Below, in pieces: positions 1 through 11,821 of a DNA stretch of 64,000 nucleotides (its first letter is position 1; each line of letters starts with the position of its first letter). The position numbers and the translations under genes are program-made. The DNA comes from Dimorphilus gyrociliatus. Lineage: Eukaryota > Animalia > Annelida. The stretch covers positions 4,604,408 to 4,668,407 of the forward strand of contig CAJFCJ010000006.1 of NCBI GenBank assembly GCA_904063045.1, in the 5' to 3' direction. Under the pieces are notes generated by a model. It made no database searches and was not told where the DNA came from. It saw nothing but the letters and a program-made list of their open reading frames with translations.

Positions 1-51
1 ATTTGTTCTTTCTATTTATGTAATGATATGTTGGTTGAGTAAAGTTCTTAG

Positions 52-2415
52 TTAGTTAAGTTCGTATAAACAAATATAAGCATCCGATAAAATTCTAAGA
101 ACGTGTTTTGGCAGTAAATTATCGTTTATGGACTCCTCAATCTCTTTTCCTGGTTTATTCAACCATTTCCCAACGTCTTGGAATTTCTTTACCCACGGAA
201 TATTGAATCCGAAGCGGTCTCTTAAACATGATACTCTGTCGGCCATACTATCTTGAAATAACCATGGATCGTCAACATTTTTTCCACATCGAACAAAACT
301 GACATAATGACTTGTACTTATACAGATTACACTCTTCAAGTTCATATAAATGGGAGAGCTCAAGCTTCCTTCAACATTTTTGTCAAGACAATTACTTTTA
401 TGGTCAGTCCTTTCCCTGTGTGAGTGAACCTTCTTATTACATTCATCACAGTATGTAATCCGATCATAAAGATTATCTGCAAATAATATAGATTTTAAGC
501 AATCCTTGCACTTCACCTTAGCAGCAGAATCACATATAGCACACTTATGCTCATAATTAATTAATAATGGAGTAATATTGATTTTTAAGTCTGGAATAAC
601 ATATTTTTTTGATTTTTCAAGACCGCTTCTTGGCATTTGTACAAGAAGTCCTTTCGGCGGTGTTTTTAGACTAATATCATTTTTCAAAAATGTTATTCCG
701 AGAAGTTCACTCAGTTGAGGTGGATCATTTGCATTCTCTGTTTCTGTAATATTAAAAATGTTCATTTTTTCCATTGTATTTATCACTAGTAGAGGTTCTA
801 TTTTCACATAGGAAAATAGAAAATTTATAAATTCTTCAGGATCCTGTTCTTCTTTTAACAAGCCTGGTAATTTACCATTGGACATATTATTTAATTCCTC
901 TCTCAGTTGATAAACATAGTCGGCTCTTACCCATCCATACTTTCTTACTGTTGCAATTATTGCTTTTAGTTGTAATTGAATGGGATTCGAAGTTTGTTCA
1001 CAAAGGATAGGTTTGAACACGTCGCTGAAAACAAATAGAGAAAATAATGCTGAATCCAAATAACAAGAGTTGCAATATCCTTGTATTCCTCGATATTTTC
1101 CAACAACAGTCCTGTCGATCTCTTCTAGAGGTATAGTAGGCACATATTCATCTGTGACAAGAGGAGAATCAAGTTTTCCAAAAGGGTATTTTTGGCACCA
1201 TTCGAGACTTTCATTATCAAAAGTTCTCCTATCTTCAAATAATCCACCTTCGTTATAAAAAAAAGCTTTATTAGGAGGGCAAGTAAAAATTTTTTTGCCT
1301 AGAAACTCTCCACTTGAGCAACCAGGAAACGTATCTTCAACTTCTATACCTACTGCTTTTTTAGATGATGAAGTCAATTTACCCTTCCAGCGAATAACTC
1401 CGAAGATAGGTTTAGTTTTGAGCTTTATTTTTACCCTCGATCCAACATCAAATTTCGGGAACTTCTCCACTAATGGATCATAGTTAGGATTGTTATATAA
1501 ATCTGGCTTAGGATTATTTGGTTTTTTCTCTGATTCATTTTTGTTTGAAATAGATTTATCAATATTTAATTGACTTTCAGAAGTTGGATAATTTACTGGT
1601 TCTTCACTGCAAGGTGCAAGACCGATGAGGGGTACGAAGGAAGCATGATTTTCTTTAGCAGTAAATAACTTTTCGTTCTTGTATGCCCCAGTACCACTAC
1701 CAACTGGTCTATCAAATTCAACCCCAACCATCCATGCTTTACTTGGTTCTTTTTTCAGTTTCCCAAACCATTTTACCGTTCCATATTCGTTGCCTGTATC
1801 GCTTGGCCACATCACTCTAGTCCCAATATTTAGAGCTTCTTTAAATTCAGGTACCTTTGCTTCAATACTGATTTGATCAGCAGTTACAAATAGACCTAAT
1901 TGTTCTGTACAAGTAAAATAGCCGACACCATTTGTATCCCCTTCCCCATAAAAGTCAAGTGAAAGTTCAACACCAAACCATACACCAAGTTTATTTTTCA
2001 AATTACCTCGATATCTTATCTTTCCAATAAGCTTTTTAAATGAATATTTTGTTGTAATAGTAACAATATCACCTTCACACAACTTCATGATATCTTGCAA
2101 ATTCTTGATATTATGAGTAAGTTTTCTTCTTCCTTCTCTAGAGCACGGAAGGAGAATTTGACATTGGGAATCTGTGACCAATTGTAAGCAGTTACTAACA
2201 ATTGAGAAATAAATTGGTGAATTAATGTCTTCTAATCTTGTAACGACAATACTATCAGTTTGGTCATTGTTTAAGACAAATATTTCTCCTTCTTCTAGAA
2301 AACGTAGTTCAATATTCAGCTTTTCATCATTCAAGACTTCAAAATCACCTTTAGATTTATCTAAAGTTGAAGTCAAAACGAAATAGCTTGTTCTCCTTGC
2401 AGAGTGTTTTTTCAT
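52..2415 (-). CDS. CYLD: CYLD-like ubiquitin carboxyl-terminal hydrolase, single exon, 787 aa
   Basis: Three CAP-Gly-like repeats (GVWFGVEL..G...G, WMVGVEFDRPVGSGTG, VGIEVEDTFPGCSSG). USP Cys box GIQGYCNSCYLDSALF, inserted B-box (CAIC...CKDC...YCDEC..KVH) and His box ICISTSHYVSFV. ORF is uninterrupted. Confidence 0.95.
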   Translation of the reverse strand: MKKHSARRTSYFVLTSTLDKSKGDFEVLNDEKLNIELRFLEEGEIFVLNNDQTDSIVVTRLEDINSPIYFSIVSNCLQLVTDSQCQILLPCSREGRRKLTHNIKNLQDIMKLCEGDIVTITTKYSFKKLIGKIRYRGNLKNKLGVWFGVELSLDFYGEGDTNGVGYFTCTEQLGLFVTADQISIEAKVPEFKEALNIGTRVMWPSDTGNEYGTVKWFGKLKKEPSKAWMVGVEFDRPVGSGTGAYKNEKLFTAKENHASFVPLIGLAPCSEEPVNYPTSESQLNIDKSISNKNESEKKPNNPKPDLYNNPNYDPLVEKFPKFDVGSRVKIKLKTKPIFGVIRWKGKLTSSSKKAVGIEVEDTFPGCSSGEFLGKKIFTCPPNKAFFYNEGGLFEDRRTFDNESLEWCQKYPFGKLDSPLVTDEYVPTIPLEEIDRTVVGKYRGIQGYCNSCYLDSALFSLFVFSDVFKPILCEQTSNPIQLQLKAIIATVRKYGWVRADYVYQLREELNNMSNGKLPGLLKEEQDPEEFINFLFSYVKIEPLLVINTMEKMNIFNITETENANDPPQLSELLGITFLKNDISLKTPPKGLLVQMPRSGLEKSKKYVIPDLKINITPLLINYEHKCAICDSAAKVKCKDCLKSILFADNLYDRITYCDECNKKVHSHRERTDHKSNCLDKNVEGSLSSPIYMNLKSVICISTSHYVSFVRCGKNVDDPWLFQDSMADRVSCLRDRFGFNIPWVKKFQDVGKWLNKPGKEIEESINDNLLPKHVLRILSDAYICLYELN

Positions 2416-2712
2416 ATTTTGGATTGGTAAGTGTGATAGATTAGTTCGTACGATGAGTGATGCTCAAATGATTTTCATTTCAACTTACAGCCGCAATTTT
2501 GTCTCAATATCGTTCGTGTGTGTTCTGTCTAAAATAATAATAGTTAAACATTTAATATTACCACTAGTAATATATTTAATTATACTGACAAAAATACGAA
2601 ATTTCGAAAGTATATTGTTTAATGGAGTCTCAAATTTATATAGGAAACTCCAACCACAAGCAGCTAAAAGGCAAAACATTATAAAAACTGGTAGAGATTT
2701 TATAATCATAAC

Positions 2713-5084
2713 ATGGCTTCTGAAAACATTGTTCGGCAAAGGAAAAAAAAAGAATTTAAAGACGAACAGGATGATAAAGCTGACGAATTGAAAGATAATG
2801 CATTACACAATGATAATATTAAAAAAACTGAAGGCCACTTAGCAGGCGGTTATTGGCTAACAAGAATACTACTTCTGCGATTTCTAGCTTTTATCCAATG
2901 TATGTTTTTATATAGTGACGCCAAAGATTATCATTAATATATTAACCATTTTACTAAAGTTACGGCATTCCTTGTTGCTCTTAATCAGAACCGTGCCTTA
3001 TTGGGTAAGAATGGTTTGCTACCCGCCGATTCTTATTTGAAGCGCATAAAAGAACATAGTAAATCAACACAAACTAATCACTGGTCTCATGCAGTCACTC
3101 TTTTATGGTTAGTTGATTACGAAACTGATATAGATTACTGGCTGGATTTATTTGCCTACGCTGGATTAGCGCTATCAAGCTTTGTCTTTATAATTGGTGG
3201 AGCTAACGTGTTCATAATGCTAACAATCTGGATTCTATATCATTCCATAGTAAACATAGGTCAGAGATGGTATAGCTTCGGGTGGGAATCTCAGCTGTTA
3301 GAGACAACTTTTCTAGCCACTTGGCTATGTCCTATATGGTCGCTTAATCCTTTTCCAAAGAAAACGCCAACATCCTTTATTGTAATCTTAGGATTTCGAT
3401 GGTTAATATTTAGGATAATGATTGGCGCCGGTCTAATAAAAATAAGAGGGGATCAATGTTGGAGAGATCTGACATGCATGAATTATCATTATCAAGTAAA
3501 TTATTATATCGTAATTAATTATTGGCAAGTTTATTAATTAATCGTTGTATTCGATTTCATCATTAGACTCAACCAGTTCCAAATCCAATTGCTTATTACA
3601 TGCATCAAGAGCCGGAAATCATGCACAAGGCTGAAACAATGGTTAATCACTTCGTCGAACTAGTTGTACCGTTTATGTTATTTCTCAACAGACGTTTAGT
3701 AATAGTTGGTGGCTTTTTCCAAATTCTATTTCAACTATTAATTATCATCAGTGGGAATTTAAGCTTTCTCAATTGGCTTACAATAATCCCTTCCCTAGCT
3801 TGTTTCGATGACACATCAATCTCATGGATGTTTACAACTTCGTCTAAAAATAAGGCAAAGGAACTAGAAATTAAAAGGAGAGTTGATAAACAACAGTCTT
3901 GGTGTGAGTTTCTATTTTCTTTTAAACAAGTTAATTACATTTAGCTGTGATTATATTTTTAACAGTTTCTATTGTAAGAAAACTCTTTAATTTTAGCGTA
4001 GGTGGCTTAATATTATTTTTAAGCATACCTATTGTAAGTAATTTAATATCTGAAAATCAAATTATGAACACAAGTTTCGATCCCTTGCAAATTGTAAATA
4101 CGTATGGAGCTTTCGGCAGGTTTTTATCTGTTTAAGAGATAATACGATTATTAAATTGAATGATTATCTGTCGATTTTACCAGTAGAGAAACAATGAAAA
4201 ATAGAATTTTTCATAAAAGTATTCGTTACTTCCTTAAAATAAAGACAATGCTTAACAGATAAATCAACAATTACAGTCAGAACCGTATGGAATCTCTGTT
4301 TTGGTGGTTTGATTGCTTATTTAAGTTTGCCCGTAGTTAAAAATTTGCTATCGTCTAGACAAGCTATGAATACATCGTTTGATTCGTTAAGATTAGTTAA
4401 TACCTATGGTGCATTCGGCAGGTAATCATACTTATATTTATACAATTGCTCTCGAGTTATTTCTCTTTCCCCTAGTATAACAAAGGAAAGGACGGAAGTT
4501 GTTTTCGAAGGAACCTATGACGATCCTACTTTACCTAATGCCAAGTGGTTAGAGTATGAGTTCAATTGTAAGCCAGGAGACGTGAAAAGGAAACCTTGTC
4601 TGATATCACCGTATCATTACAGGTTTGCTCAAATGATACAAGTCTTATTGACTGTACTATAAATTATTGACATAAAACACACTGACTTAATCTTAGACTT
4701 GACTGGCTCATGTGGTTTGCCGCTTTTCAAAATTATCAGTATAACAATTGGTTAGTACACCTGGCGGGAAAATTTTTGGTAAATGATGAACTTACTATGT
4801 CTTTAATTGCTCATAATCCTTTCGATAAGAAACCACCTCCAAAGTTTGTATACTTAGGTTAAAAAGAACATCATATAATTAATTAGCATCATTAATAACA
4901 TAAAAAAAGGTTCGTACGTGCTCTACACTATCGATACACTTTTACCCCAATTGGTAGTGAAGATTATAAATTAGGGAAGTGGTGGAATAGAAAGAGAATT
5001 GGAGAATATTTGCCAATAATTAACCTGGATTCTATTCGCCCCTACTTAAGGAGTCAAGGATGGCATATTCCTAAACAACATTAA
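2713..5084 (+). CDS. LMF1: Lipase maturation factor 1. Exons 2713-2899, 2960-3495, 3567-3903, [3966-4119 OR 4277-4421], 4476-4622, 4697-4843, 4910-5084
   Basis: Motifs AFLVALNQNRALLGKNGLLP, WYSFGWESQLLET, GAGLIKIRGDQCWRDLTCMNYHYQTQPVPNP, NTYGAFGSITKERTEV, EYEFNCKPGD..R.PCLISPYHYRLDWLMWFAAFQ. GT-AG introns are phase-compatible. Confidence 0.95.
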
Positions 5085-7728
5085 AATGCTATCAATTATA
5101 TATCTCAATGTAAAAGCTTCGGTGTTCGTCTTTTTATGTCATTCTTTTTTGTTTCTTTCTCCCACTCAGATTCTCGTTTGCTAAACTTAAAAACAATCTA
5201 TTCTTTGTACAAGTGTAATTAACTTAAATATGAATTAAATCCATAGTTTTGGTTAATTAATATTTCAATATGAATACAAAAGAAAAACTTAAAAATAGCA
5301 ACTTGTTTCATAGTTGTTTAAAAATAGTTTAATAGTTCAGTTGGTAGCTATTGGTCTTCGATTCATAATCAATGACTACTTAAGAACGATCCATCTTTTT
5401 TTAGATAATGTATAAAAAAAATAAAATACACTTTGTATAGATAAAAAAAATCTATTGATCATAGTTAATTGCTTTTAAAAAACTCTCCTTTCTAAACGTT
5501 ACATTCTAGTTACAAATTTTATGATAGCATGGCAGAAAGAAGAAAAATATATGTGGCAAGAAGAGAATAAGGAGTGCAAACATTGACGTAAATATTCCTT
5601 ACTTACCAGACTTACTTCATCTGTTGAATGTGAATAATGATTCCAAAGAAAAGAACCCCTTAAGAATGTTTTGTAGATTTATAACCGTCTACGTATTTCA
5701 AACTAATTTTTTAGTTTTGGCAGGAATTATAAAAACTATAGATATAAAATAGGAAAAGGGTAAAATTAAGGTCAGATTTAATAAAATATTTATAATGATT
5801 CTCTCTCTTAAAAGCCAAAAGTAATTATTTTATTTTTAAATCACAATGATTAAAATAAATTTAAGTAGAGATTTTCATTTAATACAATTAATCAAAGACT
5901 GGGCAAACAAATCAATAATATAAAAAAAAGGAATGAAAAGAGAAAGAGAGAAAGAGAAATATAGTTCTAAAATTGGAATTGTATTGAATATAACTAACAT
6001 TAACCGAATACAAAAAAATTGTCTTCCTTTATTCTTAACGTTTTCAACTTTTTTTTATCTTCTATTTTATCATCTTTCAAAGTTGTCTAATTAAATCATT
6101 TGAATAGCATTAAATCATTATACCAAGTAACGGAACAATTCAATTATCTTATTTATTTTCCTATATTCTTTTCATTCTTTTCTGTGCCATTGAAATAGGG
6201 CAGGGAGGGAGGGGGTTGTGGCGTTTGTTTTTTTTTGTTTTACTTACTTCAGCACTTTGTTCACTATTTAACAGTTAATAATATAGTTATGACTAATCTC
6301 TCTACTCGTAATAGACTCTAATAAGTTTAGAGGCTTGTCCAAAATTAATTTTCTTATTTATTTTTATATTTAATACCAAGAATACTAAAAGATAATATTT
6401 AAATCCTTAAAATGTAATTTTAACCGAAACATTTCAAAGGGAAATTTATGAATTATTTTTAATATTAGTTTAGGCACTTTACCCATTTTAAAAGTAATAT
6501 TTATAAAAGATAAATCAATTGTTCTTATCGAAATACTGAGAATAGTCTTTTTGAAAAAGCATTAAAATTATTCAGTTCAACCAATATTAGTATATTGATT
6601 CTTTTTTATTTAGATATGCATAAATAATTTGAATTAATATTAATATTCAAATTATTCAATGATTATATATCGTGTTTAACCGGCTTGTACATGAATGTGC
6701 GTGCTTTTATGTTCGTGTGTGTATGTGTATATATGTGCGTGCGAAAGTGTGGGTGTGCGTAGATGGTGTTTCTATCTGTATATAGTATTTTAATATTTAT
6801 TATATGCTTACTATCAAATTGTAGTATAAAATATTCAGCAAATATTAACTTTAAAGAAGATTATATACGAGATTTTGTTTAGTGGGAATGGAAAGCAACG
6901 AAAACGTATACAATGATAAAGTAAATGGAGTAATGTCTATACTCTATCTATCTCTTAAATGTCTAAGTATTAACTGCGGATTAAACAAGACTACTAAATG
7001 ATATGTTCATGGGTAATAAAATTTCAAGACCCTTCAAATTTAAAAGCTCAGCAAAGTAGATCTTAAGCCCACAATGAAGTTTTTAATGATAGTTGATTGA
7101 TGAAAGTGATACGAAGATACCCTGCTCACACAGACTTAACTATTGTATCAGTAGTTTTCCCTTTTGCAGTTGAAACGAAATCCAGTTCGTTTAGTTTTTT
7201 TGTTGTTGTTTTTTTTTAATTATTTTTAATTTCTTACTCGAAAAAACTATTTATTATTTGTTAACAAATAGCGAATCTTTTTATTTTATTTTTTAATACA
7301 ACCTATAACCTATTAAGATCTCGTGATTATGATGAGAAATCAGTATAAAATTGGAGCGCCTACCATGGACACCGTAAAAATTAGAATAACTTGCATACAA
7401 ACTTGTTGATTGTCATACTCCTGATTGTTGGAGTTTTTATACATTTGAAACTTTATTATATCTTGGTAAGACAGATTAATTATATATAAATATGATATAT
7501 TTCTTGAATTGCAAGACATTACATAGTACGTTAATTTTCAGGGAAGTTGAGCGATAATCAGAAATACAATCGACTAATTTAATTGTAAAGCTGATAAGTA
7601 ATCAATGCATTCTTAAGAGTCATCATACATTTAAATATATATGAATACATGTCGATAATACTTTGATTGGTCACCGTTAGTCTGACGGACCTATTCACAA
7701 TAACTTTACCTTCAGCCATTTGGAAACA

Positions 7729-10402
7729 ATGGTTGACAGAGCGAATGTCATTTCGATAAGCAATGAAGCAAGACCATCCCAACAAGAAGAAGCTTCAGCG
7801 CAAGAGCGCAGTGATCAAGATACATCTACCTACTTCGATGAAAGAATAACAATTCCTGATGCTGATAGTGTGAGTTGCACCCTTGTAATTATTCTTGGAA
7901 AACAGTTAGAGTAGTTGCTTATTTTCAGACAAAATTTAGTTTTCGTAAATTATGGGCATTTACTGGTCCAGGCTTCCTCATGAGTATTGCTTACTTGGAT
8001 CCAGGAAATATTGAATCAGATTTACAGGCAGGAGCAGCAGCCAAATTTAAGGTATTGTTAAAATATGAAGCCAATGGACTAGACCTAATTATAAGATATG
8101 CAGCTTATTTGGGTTCTACTAATGGCGCACGTACTAGGACTCTTAATGCAGAGACTAGCAGCCAGATTGGGGGTCGTGAGCGGAATGCATCTGGCGGAAG
8201 TTTCTTATTGTCACTATCCAAAAGTTCCACGACTTATTCTATGGTTAATGGTTGAAATAGCCATTATAGGTTCTGACATGCAAGAAGTGATTGGAACTGC
8301 AATTGCCTTCTATCTGCTATCAAATGGTAAAATACCGCTATATGGCGGTGTCCTAATTACAATAGCAGATACATTTACATTCCTCTTCCTTGATAAATAT
8401 GGTCTGAGAAAACTGGAAGGATTTTTCGGTGCACTCATAACTGTTATGGCTGTTACTTTTGGTTATCAGTACATAGTAGCCAAACCAGATCAAGGAGAAC
8501 TATTAAAAGGAATGTTCTTTCCGTATTGTCGTAATTGTGATAGTAATGCACTAAAGCAAGCTGTTGGAATAATTGGTGCTGTGATTATGCCTCATAATAT
8601 TTATTTACATTCGGCACTTGTAAAAGTAAGTTTATTATTGATGAAGACTATGTAGCTCATCCTTTATACTGCAGTCTCGAGAAGTTGACAGGAGTAAAAA
8701 GGTTCAAGTATCGGAAGCAAACAGATACTTGTTTTTAGAATCCGGAATTGCTCTATTCGTTTCCTTTCTTATCAATCTCTTTGTTACCGCAGTTTTTGCA
8801 GAAGGTTTCTACGGTAAAAATAGTACTGAAATCGTAAGTTAATACATCAAAATTATTCAATTTTTTTTTTAGTTTTGATCTAATAATAGAAATTTTTTTT
8901 TATAGTTTGAAAGCTGTATAAAGCAAGGAAATCCGCATGCAAGCGTTTTTAATGTAGGTTAAATTCTATATAAAAAACAATTATCCCGACATATGTACAA
9001 ATATTTTTTTTTTAATAATTTATGAACAATTTTTTTTTTCATTCTCTACTGGAAGACAACGAGCAATGAAGTTGATATTTATAGAGGGGTAAAAGAAAGA
9101 TTTTACATATATAGTTTATATTAAAATATATTGTATATTGCCTTTTTTTTTTTTGTTTTGTGTAATAAATTCAGTAATATAACACTGATTTAAGGGTGTA
9201 TTTCTGGGTTGTCGATATGGACAGGCTGCTATGTATATTTGGGCGATAGGAATCTTAGCAGCAGGTCAAAGGTACAAAATTGTTTGTTTATACCTAATTG
9301 CGCAACAGTCTTATGTTACCATTTCTATTTTAGTTCTACAATGACCGGAACATATGCTGGACAATTTGTTATGGAGGTATTTACATTTAAGCCTGTTGTT
9401 TACGATAATTTTTCACATGTTTTTTTCAATTGCCTCTGTTGAAATTTATTTAGGGCTTCCTTAATTTGAAATGGGCTCGTTGGAAGAGAGTTTTATTAAC
9501 TCGATCTATTGCCATTGTTCCCACCATTTTATTGGCGGCCTTTGAGGGTTAGTAATAAATTACTGTCATTATAAATAATTTATAATATAAATAAATAATT
9601 CTTCAAAAAAATACCTAGGTATTACTCAATTAACAAGCTTGAACGATTCAATGAATGTTTTAATGTCTTTACAATTACCATTTGCTTTGTTACCAATTTT
9701 AACATTTACCTCGTCGAAATCTGTGATGAGTTCCTTTAAGAACAGCTGGTTAGTATCTTTTTATTGGTTTTTTTCTCTTATTCAATGTTTTTATACGATA
9801 AGTCAATCATTCCAGGTTATCAAAAATCTTGACTATTGTACTAACAATTACTGTCATGGCTATTAACTTGTACTTTGCAATTGATAGTATAAAATCCATA
9901 AGAGTTCATCACTGGGCGTTGTATACTCTTATAGGAATTTTGATATTTTTATATTGTGGATTTATCTTTTATCTGGTAAGAAAAAAATGACACACTGATA
10001 TATATATATATATAAGATCTGATTAATAATGCTTTTATGTATTGAAAAGGCCTGGTTTTGTATAGTAGCGTTGGGAGCTCAACAATTTGATAAATTAAAG
10101 GTAGAGTCGCTATTACTTGCGAATTAAAAAAAATATCAAAAATCTTGTATTTCTTTTGAAAACAGTGCTGTCCAAATGCATTAGGAAATTCATACAAGCT
10201 ATTTGAGGGATCAGAACTACTTGATAGAGAAGACTCTGAGCTTGAGCCGTCTACACCACCTCTGGTATATCCTCCATCGCCACAGTCAATATCCTCAAAC
10301 GATTCGGCTGCATCTACAGATGCAATGATAAGAACGAATAAAAGGGCTTATGGTACACGTCCTCCTTCTGAAAAGTATCTTCATACGTCTGAAATCAAAT
10401 AA
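7729..10402 (+). CDS. SLC11A2: NRAMP/SLC11 divalent metal transporter (DMT1/malvolio-like). 13 coding exons: 7729-7869, 7929-8051, 8104-8625, 8675-8833, 8906-8953, 9056-9088, 9195-9271, 9334-9376, 9454-9547, 9619-9748, 9816-9975, 10050-10100, 10166-10402
   Basis: [33 protein letters not shown] (DPGN metal site), [16 protein letters not shown] (MPH), [22 protein letters not shown] transport motif, [19 protein letters not shown]. Orthology to SLC11A1 versus A2 cannot be resolved by eye. Confidence 0.95.
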
Positions 10403-11821
10403 TTTATTAATATAGAAATGTGCAAAATTACGAATAAATTTTCAAATAAAATTGTTGCGAACGAATTTCCCGCCAAAACACAATGACGTAGGCCGGTATT
10501 CCTTACACACTGGTTCCCTATGCCAGATATGAATAAATTCAAAATGGCGATGAAAATTGCGGTAGAAAAGGCCAGCTCGAACCGCTGGAAGAAAAATTGC
10601 TGGAATTCGCCTTCCTAGCGAAAGGTCGCCGCAACTTTCGGTTAACAATTAATAAAGTACACTTGTCTGAACCAAGAAATTTCGGTATGTGTTAAAAATT
10701 CTTATTCTTAAGCAAATAATTTTGTATCTTATGCTTACAAACCGTTAACCGCCTAGCTCACAGATGTTTTTTTTTTTTTTTTGTTTACAGCAGCTTGATT
10801 TTTGTTAACCGTATTATTATAATAGGAAATGAAGGTCTGACATTTTAGATAATGCAGGGTACTAATTTGGGTCTAGTTTAAGAAAAATGATGGGGTTTCA
10901 CGAAAAATTTAGTGACGTTCGAATTCGCATATGTTTCAAATATCGCTGCGTATCTCGTCTCCAATTAATGTCCTAACTCCTTTAACATGTTTATTAATTT
11001 GTTGAAGGAAAGAAAATCTCACACAATCGTTATCGTTCTATAGTATTTAGTCTGTAATAGCATTTTGTTATATTTACACAGGAACCAAATTTTAAGAATC
11101 TTCTATTAAAAGATTAAAAAGAAACACGTAATTCATTATATTTTAATTGAACAGATTCACAATTAAGAAGAATGATAAGAATGAGTATTTTTGAATTCAG
11201 CAAATACATAAATAGATATCTATATACATTTTACATAAAAAAGAACATATATTTATATAGAGATGTATAGGTACATATATTAAAAACATTGAGTATAGCA
11301 CATAAATAAACAACAAGTATAATTATGGAATATATAATTTATATATATATATATAAATATGCATTTTTTTTTACATTCAAACTGATGTACATAGCGAAAG
11401 TGTTAAAGTGATTTGAAGCGAATTCTAAACTATAAAATACTCTAAACTAGCGTAGTTTTAAACGATGGAACAAAGTCAATAATAAAACATTTTTGCAATA
11501 TAGTAAAAATGATTATAATATTAAAAAAAAAAATGCAGTACACACTACTCCTTCTATCCTACTCTATTGCCAACAGTTTCTTACGCAACGACAAAAATCA
11601 CCCTCGTTAGTTAATGAATTAGTGAACAATATTAGGATTGTTAGAAAATCTATTTGATCAGGTGTGTTAAGAAAAGTCATGACGTAACTCATTGCGGAAC
11701 ATATGCCTCCGTTGGTTTAGGCGAAATTAAGAGAATCAGCTGTTGGAAACTATAAAACTATCGTCATTTAATTTTTACTTAAAATTTACTATGATATTTA
11801 ATTTTTACTCAGGCGAACAGC

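Noticed and set aside
2453-2791. Short ORFs on both strands between CYLD and LMF1, including an in-frame splice of the minus ORF into CYLD
   Set aside because: Composition is non-coding-like, and the splice signals fit a plus-strand intron better.
5598-5625. Two tandem minus-strand GTAAGT donor consensus sites
   Set aside because: No consistent reading frame or partner exon could be built.
7329-7424. Box C (ATGATGA) ... box D (CTGA) spacing suggesting a C/D snoRNA
   Set aside because: No terminal stem, and only about 7 nt of complementarity to an rRNA-like sequence.
10570-10590. CCAGC-TCGAACC-GCTGG hairpin, and GGTTCGAG at about 23580, as tRNA T-arms
   Set aside because: Stem register is wrong and there is no D-arm, anticodon arm or acceptor stem.
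7400-10660. Search for an iron-responsive element (CAGUGN hairpin) in the NRAMP UTRs
   Set aside because: No sense-strand CAGTG loop with a C-bulge stem was found; the nearby CAGTG hits are coding or antisense.
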